Assembly: GCA_038890745.1 (NCBI GenBank)
Contig: JAWAFD010000001.1
Span: 253,880-317,879, forward strand
Reading direction: 5' to 3'
DNA length: 64,000 nt
DNA from: Candidatus Anstonellales archaeon
Lineage (GTDB): Archaea > Micrarchaeota > Micrarchaeia > Anstonellales > J096
A model generated the notes under the pieces. The model saw only the letters and a list, made by a program, of their open reading frames with translations. It ran no database searches and was not told the origin of the DNA. This document shows, one piece after another, positions 9,654 through 19,655 of this stretch; the stretch's first letter is position 1, and every line of letters starts with the position of its first letter. The translations under genes and the position numbers were made by a program.

Positions 9654-10079
9654 ATGGGATCAGAAATAAAAGTAGGAGAGGTAATGAGAAAAACCGTAGT
9701 AACAGCGAGTAAGGACAGCACAGTTACAGAAGCAGCCTCTCTTATGAAAAAGTATAATGTTGGCTCCGTTATCGCATTGGATAATGGGAAGGCGGTTGGC
9801 ATCCTTACAGAGCGGGATATAGTGAGGAAGGTCGTTGCGGTATCCAAGAATCCAGCGGAAGTGAAGATTGGCGAGGTTATGTCGAGACCTTTAAGGGTGA
9901 TTACTCCACAGGTTTCGCTTGAGGATGCAGCAAAGACGATGAAAAAGTTTGGTGTAAGGCGCCTTCCTGTTATAAATGAGAGCGGAGAGCTGGTCGGCAT
10001 AATAACAGAGAACGACATAATGAAGCTTTTCCCTTCGGTTGTTGACCTTATAGAGGAGAAGGCTGCTCTTCAAGGATGA
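9654..10079 (+). CDS. CBS domain pair protein
   Basis: VGEVM…GILTERDI…RRLPV…GIITENDI. Confidence 0.93.
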   Translation: MGSEIKVGEVMRKTVVTASKDSTVTEAASLMKKYNVGSVIALDNGKAVGILTERDIVRKVVAVSKNPAEVKIGEVMSRPLRVITPQVSLEDAAKTMKKFGVRRLPVINESGELVGIITENDIMKLFPSVVDLIEEKAALQG

Positions 10080-10178
10080 TGCTCACTGCGCGTGGATGGC
10101 ACCGCGAAAGGCATGAGCGTTCTGCCAACCCCGCGCAGCACACCTTCCTGCTTTTTCTGGTTCCATGGAAATAAGAGT

Positions 10179-10442
10179 ATGAGGGTTGAAGTAAGAGTGA
10201 TTCCAAATGCGAACCGGTTTGCAATCAGGCTAGAGAATGGTGTGCTGAAAGTTTGGGTTGAAAGCAAGCCGGAGAAGGGAAAAGCAAACAGGGAGCTTGT
10301 TCAAAAGCTCAGCGAAATATTCGGAAGTGCCGAGCTTGTTTCAGGGCAGAAATCCCGTAGGAAGTTTGTTGAGGTGCAGGGAGATGAGGAATACTTACGA
10401 AGAAAAATCGAAAGCATTGAAAGCGTTGGAAAACATTCTTGA
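10179..10442 (+). CDS. DUF167 (YggU-like) protein
   Basis: VRVIPNA…PEKGKANREL…ELVSGQKSRRK. Confidence 0.88.
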   Translation: MRVEVRVIPNANRFAIRLENGVLKVWVESKPEKGKANRELVQKLSEIFGSAELVSGQKSRRKFVEVQGDEEYLRRKIESIESVGKHS

Positions 10443-10761
10443 GGACCTAAGGAATGGGTTTGTGGTTGTTGAGGGTGAGAAGGATGCTGCATCGCTTGCA
10501 GAGTGCGGTATAACTGCGATTCCAGTTTCAGGAAGGGAGGTCTCAGCCATACGTGCAGAGGGTAACGTGATCATTCTCACCGACCTTGATGAAGCAGGGG
10601 ATGAGCTGGCTAGAATGCTTCAGAGGGAGTTCGTTTCCAGAAAGAGTGTAAGGAAGGTTGATTCCTCAACAAGAATCAAACTGGGAGGACTGCTGAAGCT
10701 CGTACATTTTGAGAACTTTTCCGAAAAGCTTGAAAAAACAAAAAAAGAATTGGAGGTGTAA
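10384..10761 (+). CDS. Small Toprim-domain protein
   Basis: VVVEGEKD…IILTDLDEAG; usual position upstream of archaeal dnaG. Confidence 0.88.
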   Translation: MRNTYEEKSKALKALENILEDLRNGFVVVEGEKDAASLAECGITAIPVSGREVSAIRAEGNVIILTDLDEAGDELARMLQREFVSRKSVRKVDSSTRIKLGGLLKLVHFENFSEKLEKTKKELEV

Positions 10762-10763
10762 GT

Positions 10764-12032
10764 ATGTCAAAAATATATATAGATACAGTAAAGTATTTGG
10801 TGTATGCAAACTTTGAGGTGGACGGGATAGTTGACAAGCCGGATGTTGTAGGAGCGATATTCGGTCAGACAGAGGGCTTGCTTGGAGAAGACCTTGATCT
10901 AAGGGACTTGCAGAAAAACGGGAGGATAGGAAGGATTGAAGTAGATTTGACTGTTCAGAAGGGAAAAACATACGGGGTTATAAAGATTCCTTCAAGTTTG
11001 GACATGGTCGAGACATCAATAATCGCAGCTGCTCTAGAGACGGTAGATCGGGTCGGGCCGTGTGATGCAAAAATAACATCCTCGCGGGTTGAGGATACGA
11101 GAAATGAGAAGAGAAGAAGGATAATAGAAAGGGCTAAGGAGTTGTTGAAAAACCTTCTTGCAACAGAGATTCCTGAGAGCCGGGAGATAAGCGATATGGT
11201 AAGGCTTGAGGTGAAAACAGCAGAGATAACCCCATACGGACCTGAGGGATTGCCAGCAGGCCCGGCAGTGCAGAGCTCAGATTCGATAATTCTTGTTGAA
11301 GGAAGGGCCGATGTGATAAACATGCTGAGAAACGATATCACAAATGTAATAGCAATAGGCGGCGCAAAGGTTCCGAAGACAATCGTGGAGCTTTCAAAGA
11401 AAAAGGAGGTTACCGTTTTCCTCGATGGCGACAGAGGAGGGGATATAATACTCAATGAACTGCTGGATGCGGGTGTTGAGATCGATTTCGTTGCAAGGGC
11501 CCCTGTTGGTAGGGAGGTTGAGGAGCTTACAAGAAAAGAGATAATAAAATGCCTTCGCAACAAGATTCCTTCAGAGCAGGAGACAACCTCTCCAGCTAAG
11601 CCGTACAGAAAAGAGCAGGTCTTCAAGCAGGAGGAAAGGCAAACGGTGAGGGAAGAGGGAAGAGAAATAAAGGAAGCCAAAGAAGAGAAGAAGAGTGAGG
11701 AAAAGAAAAAAGAAGAAAAGCCGAAAAAAGTTCTGCGGATGCCAACTGAAAAGGACATGAATTTTCTTAGAGAAGAGCTTAACACGCTCGCAGATACCTT
11801 AAAGGCAAGATTTTATGATGAGGACCTGGCGCTGATTTCAGAGGTTCCGGTAAGGGATCTGATAAAAACCCTTACAGAATCAGAGGATGTTTTCGGTGTT
11901 GTGTTTGACGGAATAATCACCCAAAGGCTTGCGGACCTTGCCTCTGAGAAAGGCGTGAGGGTGCTTGTAGGCTTGAAGCTTGGAAACGTAAACAAAAAAC
12001 CAGAAAACCTTGAGATAGTGGTAGCAAGATGA
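10764..12032 (+). CDS. dnaG: Archaeal DnaG-like protein (exosome-associated Toprim)
   Basis: KPDVVGAIFGQTEGLLG…DLRDLQKNGRIGRI, VEGRADV, LDGDRGG, FDGIITQRL. Confidence 0.97.
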   Translation: MSKIYIDTVKYLVYANFEVDGIVDKPDVVGAIFGQTEGLLGEDLDLRDLQKNGRIGRIEVDLTVQKGKTYGVIKIPSSLDMVETSIIAAALETVDRVGPCDAKITSSRVEDTRNEKRRRIIERAKELLKNLLATEIPESREISDMVRLEVKTAEITPYGPEGLPAGPAVQSSDSIILVEGRADVINMLRNDITNVIAIGGAKVPKTIVELSKKKEVTVFLDGDRGGDIILNELLDAGVEIDFVARAPVGREVEELTRKEIIKCLRNKIPSEQETTSPAKPYRKEQVFKQEERQTVREEGREIKEAKEEKKSEEKKKEEKPKKVLRMPTEKDMNFLREELNTLADTLKARFYDEDLALISEVPVRDLIKTLTESEDVFGVVFDGIITQRLADLASEKGVRVLVGLKLGNVNKKPENLEIVVAR

Positions 12033-13270
12033 AGGTATACATAGAAACCTATGGATGCACGCTGAATCAGGCTGAAAGCGATATGCTTGCCGGTCTTCTC
12101 AAGGCCGGCGGTTTTTCTTTAGTTTCCGATGAGCGCAATGCTGATGTTGTTGTTTTGAACACATGCACGGTTAAGCTCTCAACACAGAACAAGATCCTTG
12201 CGAGAATAAGAGAAATAAAAAAACCGCTCGTTGTTGCCGGCTGTCTCTGGGTTTTGAAGGAAAAGATAAGAAGAGCAAACAAAAATACGGTTTTACTCTC
12301 CCCCTCTTCCATTCCGATGGTTGTAGACGCTGTTCGCGATGCGTACAACAAAAAATGGGCCGACTATTCCCTTGAGTTTGCAGAAAAAAACTTCTCCCCC
12401 CGGGAATACACGGCCCCCATACTCCGTGTTCCTATTCAGGAGGGGTGCGTAGGAAACTGCACATTCTGCCAGACAAAACTCGCCCGACCAAAGCTTGTAA
12501 GTTTTGATGAAAAATGGATATGCGAGCAGATAAAAAATGGAATAAAAAACGGCGCAAAAGAAATCCAGATTACCGGTATGGACGCCGGCGCGTATGGATT
12601 GGAAAGAAACACCAATCTAGTAGAACTTTTGAGAAAAATAGTTCGTGTAGATGGAGAGTTTTTTGTTAGGTTGGGAATGGTAAACCCCCATCATGTTAAG
12701 AGGATGCTTTCGGATTTGATACAGATTTATAAAAATAAAAAAATGTTTAAGTTTTTGCATGTGCCGGTGCAGACAGGAAGCGAAAAGGTTTGCAGAGAAA
12801 TGAACCGGGGGCATACCGTAAAGGATTTTGTTGAGGTTATAGGTGCTTTCAGAAATGAAATCCCGGATATCTCAATCGCAACGGATATTATCGTTGGTTA
12901 CCCAACGGAGAGCGAGGAGGATTTTGAAAAAACCATCATGCTCCTCAAAAAAATCAAGCCGGATGTTGTCAACATATCAAAATTTACCCCAAGAGAAAAA
13001 ACAAAAGCTGCGGGTCTGAGGCAGCTCCCGACAGAAACGATAAAAGAAAGAAGCGTTTTTCTCTCAAGGTTTGTAAGAAATTTAGTTTGGAAAAAAAATC
13101 AAAAATTTTTAGGAAAAAAACTGAAGGCTCTTATTACCGAGAAATTTGGGAAAGGGGTAAAAGGAAGAACGATGAACTATAGGCAGGTTTTTGTAAATAG
13201 AAAGATCCCCCTCGGAAAAATTATTGAGGTGAGAATAAAATCCGCAACAAACACAACCCTTTTTGCATGA
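12029..13270 (+). CDS. tRNA methylthiotransferase (MtaB/e-MtaB type radical SAM)
   Basis: ETYGCTLN, NTCTVK, GCVGNCTFC, HVPVQTGS, TDIIVGYPTE, TRAM-like C-terminus. Confidence 0.92.
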   Translation: MKVYIETYGCTLNQAESDMLAGLLKAGGFSLVSDERNADVVVLNTCTVKLSTQNKILARIREIKKPLVVAGCLWVLKEKIRRANKNTVLLSPSSIPMVVDAVRDAYNKKWADYSLEFAEKNFSPREYTAPILRVPIQEGCVGNCTFCQTKLARPKLVSFDEKWICEQIKNGIKNGAKEIQITGMDAGAYGLERNTNLVELLRKIVRVDGEFFVRLGMVNPHHVKRMLSDLIQIYKNKKMFKFLHVPVQTGSEKVCREMNRGHTVKDFVEVIGAFRNEIPDISIATDIIVGYPTESEEDFEKTIMLLKKIKPDVVNISKFTPREKTKAAGLRQLPTETIKERSVFLSRFVRNLVWKKNQKFLGKKLKALITEKFGKGVKGRTMNYRQVFVNRKIPLGKIIEVRIKSATNTTLFA

Positions 13271-13732
13271 CTATGTGTAAAGATAAACATCAACAATTAC
13301 GGGTACTTCCTCACCACTCCTGAGGATTCCTGTCCCAACCCTCGTTATTTTTACAATCCTTTCAGTTTTTTTCATCAATGGATTTATACCAGCTTCCCAT
13401 CTCTGCGCGCCGGCATACCCAACTCTAATCTCTATATAAACATCATACGGAGTATTATAAACCTCTCTCATCTTAGATGCTGCAAATGTCAACATATCAG
13501 GCCTTATCCTCTTGTCGTTCCATGAAACAGCAATCCCCCCTCTTGAAAGGTCAGGAGTAAAAACAGCATTGCTTATCCTTATCGCCTCTTTTTCCATGAA
13601 TCCCTGCTCCTCAGCAAGGCTGGATTTCAATGCGTTCCAATAACTGAAGAAAGCAAGTATTGTCATCAAAAATATTATTGTCGCAACCATGGCATCAAAG
13701 CTGAAATACTGTCCTTTTAGCACTCCTGCCAT
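13271..13732 (-). CDS. Pilin-like protein with class III signal peptide
   Basis: LKGQ|YFSFDAM followed by hydrophobic helix. Confidence 0.75.
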   Translation of the reverse strand: MAGVLKGQYFSFDAMVATIIFLMTILAFFSYWNALKSSLAEEQGFMEKEAIRISNAVFTPDLSRGGIAVSWNDKRIRPDMLTFAASKMREVYNTPYDVYIEIRVGYAGAQRWEAGINPLMKKTERIVKITRVGTGILRSGEEVPVIVDVYLYT

Positions 13733-14160
13733 AGCACTACCTCCTGACCGTTGTTTGAGATCAAAACATCCTTATTCACATCTATCACATACCATCCCTT
13801 TTCTGTTGGTATGCACCCGCCTTTTACAATTTTTCCGCTGTATGTTGGATAGGGATAGGTCGTATTCCTTCCATCAAGAACGGTAAGATGCACCATCCCT
13901 TCCTGTATCTCCACTCTGTAAGGAATTCCGTTTATGTCACTCCCTAAATTCATTCTATAACTAAACCCCTCCTCAGCACTTCCAACCAATGCGATAACAT
14001 TCGCAACCCTCATCACCTTTTCTCGAGCAACCGCAGCATTCCTTCCTTCAAGCTCTATCTTTTCAACCAAACCTATGCCTACAGAGATTGCCATGAGCGC
14101 GAGGAGGAAAATTGCGGAATACGCAAAAAACTCCATTGCTATCTGTCCCTTCCTATCCAC
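13717..14160 (-). CDS. Pilin-like protein with class III signal peptide
   Basis: RKGQ|IAMEFF plus hydrophobic helix. Confidence 0.8.
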   Translation of the reverse strand: MDRKGQIAMEFFAYSAIFLLALMAISVGIGLVEKIELEGRNAAVAREKVMRVANVIALVGSAEEGFSYRMNLGSDINGIPYRVEIQEGMVHLTVLDGRNTTYPYPTYSGKIVKGGCIPTEKGWYVIDVNKDVLISNNGQEVVLWQEC

Positions 14161-14605
14161 TCACCCTCACCCCCATGAGCAAAACATACCCATACTCCCC
14201 CAAAAGTTTTCTTTCGCACTTTATCTCTATCGGAACTACTCCTCTTCTTGTACTCCTAAAATTTTCTCCATAGTTTAGCAAAACAACAGTGTTGTTAGCA
14301 TCGCTGAGAAGGACAGGATAGGAATACTCATCCTCCCTTATTTTTACAACTGCCTCATTCTTGTTTATCTCTATGTGCTCAACATTATTCGGAATCTTTA
14401 TAACAAGCGTTTTCTTCGCCGGGCAGGTCGCAAAAACCTCATTCACACCTTCCCCCAATTTTCTTGCGATCGCCCTTGCCTGCATCTCCTCCATGTTCTC
14501 AAGCTTCACAGAGGAATAGCTAAGCATCAAAAAAACTACTGGGATGGTGAGTACGAGAAAGATCCCAACCGTGATCAAAAGCTCGATGGATGCCTGTCCT
14601 TTCAT
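14153..14605 (-). CDS. Pilin-like protein with class III signal peptide
   Basis: MKGQ|ASIELL plus hydrophobic helix. Confidence 0.82.
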   Translation of the reverse strand: MKGQASIELLITVGIFLVLTIPVVFLMLSYSSVKLENMEEMQARAIARKLGEGVNEVFATCPAKKTLVIKIPNNVEHIEINKNEAVVKIREDEYSYPVLLSDANNTVVLLNYGENFRSTRRGVVPIEIKCERKLLGEYGYVLLMGVRVSG

Positions 14606-16159
14606 CTACCCACCCGCCCCTAATTCTTTTTCGCATCCAGCCCTCCCATCATTGCACGCTATCTCATCCATGTTGTACTCTCCTAAACTTTCTTCTGTTA
14701 AAGCAAAGTTTCCGATAGGCGTATGTCCAGAGCACATCTCAAAACTCTTGCACCCCGGCATTCCCCTTACCTTTATTCCTTCCATTTCCTTAATAAATTC
14801 CCAGTCAATCCTGCTCCAGTTTCTTGCTTTTGAGTAAAGCTCTCCTCCGTAAACCTCTCCAACAACAAACCCCTCTATTCCATACTCGCTCGTTCTGTTT
14901 TCAGCATTCTCCAAAAACCTCTGCAAAAATGATGGCGCTTCTCCGTATGCTGGGAAGTAGTACCCGCATATTACTTCATCTCTGAGCATTTCAATATCAT
15001 ACACAAGTCCTTCACCGTGCCCATTTACCTTCTCCTCTCCCCCGCTTCTTTCTACCTCTTCGGGTGTATGCTCGTTTACAAAAAGAACAGCGTACTTTCC
15101 ATCCCCATCAGTATCGGCCATCTCTATGTAAAAATCAGGCGCAACTGCAAATGGTTTGTCTGTTTTAATATAATTTGAATTTATTTTTGCTTTGCATCCT
15201 TCCTTAGGGTCGTACAAAACTGCATTGAAAACATACATCTCATTGTATTTCCCAGGGCAATTCCCGGATGCTTGGGTATCGATTGAGTTCGTTAAAACAT
15301 ACCCTCCAAACTCATCCAATATCCCCTGATCTTCGAGCAACTCAAAATCGCTGTAATCCCCAACAACAATATACTTCCATCTTTCAGTTTCATTCACTTC
15401 TTCTGTTTTGTTCGCTTTTCTCGCGCTTACAAGCGGGCCATAAAACCATCCCTGTCCGTGTGTAGCATAAGTTAGGATTTTTGGATTCTGCGGAGGATAG
15501 GGAGCAAACCATATCTGTCTGCTCGCGTTATCAAACCCGTGTTTTCTTAGCCATCTCAAAACCATCGGGTCATCCATCCCTTCTATCTCAAGCGTTCTGT
15601 GTATTCTGTATACTTTATCTAACCGTGCTCCTTTTCCTGATATGTTCAGCAAAATAACAGCCTCAACATTCAGCTTGTTGTACTCTGTTTGCGAAATATT
15701 TACATAAGATACGTTGAATGCTTCGAGCTTCATTCCTGTTTTTTCTAAACTCTCCTTCAACTTCGCGCCAAGCCCATCAAATGTATAGTCCCCCTTTTCC
15801 TCTTCGTTGTACAAAAGGGCACTTCCTGCGAAATGCCCTCTTTTTGACTCTCCGCTCTGAACAAGCTCCCTAAAAACCTCTCTGAAATGCTCGAGCTCAT
15901 CTTTCTCACCTGCTTTGATGGGTTCTTCAGCAGTGTGGTTTATCATTTTGTATATTGCATAGTATGAATATATATCCACAATTTCGTTCATGGTTTCATT
16001 GCTCAACTGAGCAAGTACAATATCATATGTTGCAATCTTTATCGTTTCTTCATACCCCTTCCCGCTCTCATCTATCGCTCTCGTGTATGCCTGCAGGGAC
16101 ATGGCAACATAAACAAGAAGAATGAAAATCCCGAGGACAAAAAAGAACCCTTTTTTCAT
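14606..16159 (-). CDS. Large pilin-like / adhesin protein with class III-like signal peptide
   Basis: MKKG|FFFVLG hydrophobic N-terminus; DTDGDG Ca-binding-like loop; C-terminal cysteines; ATGA overlap with the upstream gene. Confidence 0.65.
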   Translation of the reverse strand: MKKGFFFVLGIFILLVYVAMSLQAYTRAIDESGKGYEETIKIATYDIVLAQLSNETMNEIVDIYSYYAIYKMINHTAEEPIKAGEKDELEHFREVFRELVQSGESKRGHFAGSALLYNEEEKGDYTFDGLGAKLKESLEKTGMKLEAFNVSYVNISQTEYNKLNVEAVILLNISGKGARLDKVYRIHRTLEIEGMDDPMVLRWLRKHGFDNASRQIWFAPYPPQNPKILTYATHGQGWFYGPLVSARKANKTEEVNETERWKYIVVGDYSDFELLEDQGILDEFGGYVLTNSIDTQASGNCPGKYNEMYVFNAVLYDPKEGCKAKINSNYIKTDKPFAVAPDFYIEMADTDGDGKYAVLFVNEHTPEEVERSGGEEKVNGHGEGLVYDIEMLRDEVICGYYFPAYGEAPSFLQRFLENAENRTSEYGIEGFVVGEVYGGELYSKARNWSRIDWEFIKEMEGIKVRGMPGCKSFEMCSGHTPIGNFALTEESLGEYNMDEIACNDGRAGCEKELGAGG

Positions 16160-16650
16160 ATGAACACCGTAAGCTTCACGGTTGAGGTGTATACTTTCCC
16201 CGGGTTGTAGTTTGAAGGTAGCGGTTCGCATGGCACCATCGTTCCTTTGCATGTTTTATACCTATACCAGTTTTCCCCTTTATCCCGCGGCTCTTCTGCG
16301 CCCACAACAACCGCAACAGAGCTCGCTTTGACTTTTCTATACTCCCCTCTGCTTGCGATCACCTTCCCATCCACTTCTAGCTCATACCCATACTGTGCTG
16401 GAATGAGCGAGTCGAGTATTCCGGTTCCACCCTCCTCCTTTATTATCGCATCAAGATAACTATTTCCTAGGGCGGTATCTGTGGTTATGAGCGTTTTCAG
16501 TGTATCCGTGGCCAAAGCTTTGCATTGGTATAGAATTGGGTAGTATGCGGTTGGAATGGAGTAGAAATATATAAGGAGATTTATCGCAAGGGTTGCAATT
16601 GTTAAAGCAACAAAAGCATCCAAGGAATAAACAAAAGCCTTTTTCATCAT
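16156..16650 (-). CDS. Pilin-like protein with class III signal peptide
   Basis: KKA|FVYSLDA plus hydrophobic helix. Confidence 0.72.
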   Translation of the reverse strand: MMKKAFVYSLDAFVALTIATLAINLLIYFYSIPTAYYPILYQCKALATDTLKTLITTDTALGNSYLDAIIKEEGGTGILDSLIPAQYGYELEVDGKVIASRGEYRKVKASSVAVVVGAEEPRDKGENWYRYKTCKGTMVPCEPLPSNYNPGKVYTSTVKLTVFI

Positions 16651-16691
16651 TTATGTTTTGAAAAAAACATTTAATAAAGTTTGCCCATTTC

Positions 16692-17612
16692 TCATTTAAA
16701 TTCAATGCTTATTTTCTTTTTTGCTATTTCATTTATCCCCTTCAAAAAACTTTCTCCAAAAATCCCACCCGAGTACTTGCTCGGGAACTCGATTTCGCAA
16801 ACCGGTACCTCCTTCTCGTATTCTATCCCCCCCATCTCCGCGGCTTTTTTCAGTGCATCCTCTTTGCTTCCCAGCTCATCCACAAGCCCATAAGAATACG
16901 CCTGCCTCCCGCTCATGATCCTTCCATCAAAAATCTCATTCATTCTCTCCTTATCAATCTTCTTCCCTCTATTCTCAATAACAACACCCTTGAATTCTTC
17001 GAAAGTTTCGTTTATTATGCTCTGCATAATTTCTCTCTCCTCATCGCTCATCGGCCTTTCAATGCTTCCAATATCCTTATGCTCGCCGCTTTTTATGCTC
17101 GTAAAATTTATTCCCAACATATCAAAAAGTTCTGAAAATTCAGCAACGGTTGCGATCACACCTATGCTCCCAGTGAGGGTGTTTGGGTCAGCAATTATGT
17201 AGTCCGCTCCGGATGCAACATAATACCCTCCGCTTGCCGCAACCTCCCTTAAATAAGCAACCTTAGGTTTCTTTAAATCTTTCACTGCAGAGTATACCTC
17301 CCTTGTTCCCACCACACTTCCGCCGGGGCTGTTCACCACAATCACAACAGCACCCACATCATCCCTCTTGTTCAATCCTTCTATAGTTTTTGCCATCTCC
17401 TCAGAACCTGGCTTTCCGATGGAAAATATTCCTGCCTCCTCACCCTCCACAGTTATTTCCCCATCTATGTTCACCACGCCGACGCATTTTCCGAAGATTC
17501 CCTTTCCGCTCAGTTGCGTAAAAACAACTAAAAGCAGGAGCAAAAGCACAAACCCAAGCCCCAAAAACCCAACGATTACATACTTCCATCCGCTCAGATC
17601 ACTTTTTTTCAT
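16692..17612 (-). CDS. sppA: Signal peptide peptidase SppA (S49)
   Basis: VNSPGGS, AASGGYYVA, TGSIGV, KSGEHKD, GLVDELG. Confidence 0.95.
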   Translation of the reverse strand: MKKSDLSGWKYVIVGFLGLGFVLLLLLLVVFTQLSGKGIFGKCVGVVNIDGEITVEGEEAGIFSIGKPGSEEMAKTIEGLNKRDDVGAVVIVVNSPGGSVVGTREVYSAVKDLKKPKVAYLREVAASGGYYVASGADYIIADPNTLTGSIGVIATVAEFSELFDMLGINFTSIKSGEHKDIGSIERPMSDEEREIMQSIINETFEEFKGVVIENRGKKIDKERMNEIFDGRIMSGRQAYSYGLVDELGSKEDALKKAAEMGGIEYEKEVPVCEIEFPSKYSGGIFGESFLKGINEIAKKKISIEFK

Positions 17613-17731
17613 TCAATCATCCTCAAAATTCTGAATTCGAAGAATTTTAAAGCAATCGTAATGTTTATAAACGTTTCTGTGCTTAAAAACCTCTCCATAA
17701 CCAAAAAGTTTAAAAATTTTTAGGTGGTTCG

Positions 17732-18664
17732 ATGAAGGCAAAAAAGAAGGAAAAGAAAGAGGTTACGATTTGTCCGGAATGTGGAAGTAGTAGATTGATT
17801 AGAGATTACGAGAAAGGAGAGTTGATATGCACAAACTGCGGTCTTATTATAGAGGAAAGCATTCAGGATATGGGCCCTGAGTGGAGGGCTTTTGATTCCG
17901 AACAAAAGAAGAAGAGGGCGAGGGGTGGCGCACCGACCACACTCATGAGGCCTAACAAAGGGCTTGTTACCGAGATAGATCAGTATAATAGGGATATTAG
18001 AGGGTCGAAGATAAGCCCAAAAAAACAAGCCCAGTTGAGAAGGATGAGAAAATGGCACAAGAGGATAAGCATAGCTACTAGTATGGAGAGAAATCTTGCC
18101 ATCGCTCTTGCCGAACTTGATAGGGTTGCTTCTTATCTAGGTCTTCCGGATAATGTTAAGGAAAGCGCGGCCCTGCTTTATAGAAGAGCGGTTAAAGAAG
18201 AGTTGATTAGGGGAAGGTTGATAGAAAGCGTCGTTGCAGCTGTTATATATGCGATATGCAGGGTAATGGGGATCCCGCGCACTCTTGATGAGATAAGCAG
18301 AGCGAGCGGGGTTGAGAAGAAGGAGATAGGTCGGGCTTACAGGTTTCTGAAAAGCCAGCTTGAAATAAAGGTTCCCCTCACAGACCCGAGCCAGTATGTT
18401 CCGAAATTTGCGGTTGCTCTTAAATTGAGCACAGAGGTTCAGCAGGAGGCGACGAGTTTGATAAAAAAGGCCCTTAGAAAAGGTTTGATTTCTGGGAGAG
18501 GGCCTACAGGCGTTGCAGCCGCTGCGCTTTACATAGCATCTGCCCTAAAAGGAGAGAGAAGAACGCAGAAAGAGGTTGCGGACGTTGCCGGTGTTACAGA
18601 AGTAACCATAAGGAACAGATACAGAGAGTTGAAAAAAGAGCTTAAACTGAAAGTAAATCTCTAA
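17732..18664 (+). CDS. tfb: Transcription initiation factor IIB
   Basis: CPECGS…CTNCG Zn ribbon, GPEWRAF, two cyclin repeats, GVTEVTIRNRY. Confidence 0.99.
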   Translation: MKAKKKEKKEVTICPECGSSRLIRDYEKGELICTNCGLIIEESIQDMGPEWRAFDSEQKKKRARGGAPTTLMRPNKGLVTEIDQYNRDIRGSKISPKKQAQLRRMRKWHKRISIATSMERNLAIALAELDRVASYLGLPDNVKESAALLYRRAVKEELIRGRLIESVVAAVIYAICRVMGIPRTLDEISRASGVEKKEIGRAYRFLKSQLEIKVPLTDPSQYVPKFAVALKLSTEVQQEATSLIKKALRKGLISGRGPTGVAAAALYIASALKGERRTQKEVADVAGVTEVTIRNRYRELKKELKLKVNL

Positions 18665-18679
18665 TTTTTCTTTTTTATT

Positions 18680-18752
18680 TGAGCCCGCCAGGAATTGAAC
18701 CTGGGATCTCCGCTGTGTGAGAGCGGCGTCTTAACCTCTCGACTACGGGCTC
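18680..18752 (-). tRNA. tRNA-Val(CAC), intronless
   Basis: Minus strand GAGCCCG…CCGCT-CTCACAC-AGCGG…CCAGGTTCAATTCCTGG CGGGCTC-A. Confidence 0.96.
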
Positions 18753-18817
18753 TGGATTTAAATAAACCTTCCGCAAGGATTAAAAACATATTCACTTACA
18801 TCCATCTCGGTGTTTGG

Positions 18818-19012
18818 ATGGAAACAAAAATTATCGTCTTGGCTTTAGCATTTGTCCTTCTTTTTGGAATGGCAGTTGTGCAGGCATACAGCGATTATGA
18901 TTGGGAGGACGACTGGGACAGCTCTGACTATGACTATGGTTATTCCTGCTGCGGGCCGAGCTTTTTAATATTGGCGCTCGGGTTGGGTTTGGTTTCACAA
19001 AAACATTTTTAA
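18818..19012 (+). CDS. 64-aa secreted acidic peptide with CGP-CTERM-like anchor
   Basis: Signal peptide ending VQA, core YSDYDWEDDWDSSDYDYGYS, then CCGP, a hydrophobic stretch and a short polar/basic tail. Confidence 0.65.
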   Translation: METKIIVLALAFVLLFGMAVVQAYSDYDWEDDWDSSDYDYGYSCCGPSFLILALGLGLVSQKHF

Positions 19013-19037
19013 ACCTTATCTAACACAAATATAAAAT

Positions 19038-19628
19038 ATGGTAAAAGATGGGTGTATGCGAAACGGGCGATTGAGGTACGAGGAGTTGAAGGCTTACGCT
19101 TTAAATGGAGTATGTAAATGGTCCAGTGAAGAGAGAAGACAAATCTTCTCCTGGGTCTATGGTATGATTGAAGAGATACAAAATACTTATAATACGAGTA
19201 ATGGGAATGGATTTGATAAACTAAACGGTGTTTTTGAAAATAAACTGGAGTCCCTTCGATCCCAAGGGATAGCCCAAGCAAAAAAACTCTCCCTTATAGC
19301 TATTTTAGATGAAAGCCCAGTAGTAAGAAGGGTTGCTGTTGTGCTTCTTCTCGGTCTTGCGACTAAGATAACGAATTCTGAAAAAAACCCAGAACGTGAA
19401 GAGATTCAGCTCGCTCATGATATATTTCGTTTCGTTATATCCTACGTGCAAGATTCCGAGATTGCAAGAGTACAGCAGGATTGTAGTTTGCTAAATTTCA
19501 TATTAAAGAAAAGTGAGGCATATCGTTCAGTGATACTAACGCTAACGAACCTTCACGCTCAACCTGAAGAACCAATTTCCGTTAAGGATTGGGACTCGAT
19601 GATTCAGAAACAAAACTCTGTAAATTAA
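19038..19628 (+). CDS. Hypothetical helical protein
   Basis: 196-aa ORF; weak HEAT-like DESPVVRRVAV motif. Confidence 0.55.
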   Translation: MVKDGCMRNGRLRYEELKAYALNGVCKWSSEERRQIFSWVYGMIEEIQNTYNTSNGNGFDKLNGVFENKLESLRSQGIAQAKKLSLIAILDESPVVRRVAVVLLLGLATKITNSEKNPEREEIQLAHDIFRFVISYVQDSEIARVQQDCSLLNFILKKSEAYRSVILTLTNLHAQPEEPISVKDWDSMIQKQNSVN

Positions 19629-19655
19629 AAACATCCCATCGCTATGCCATCTCCC

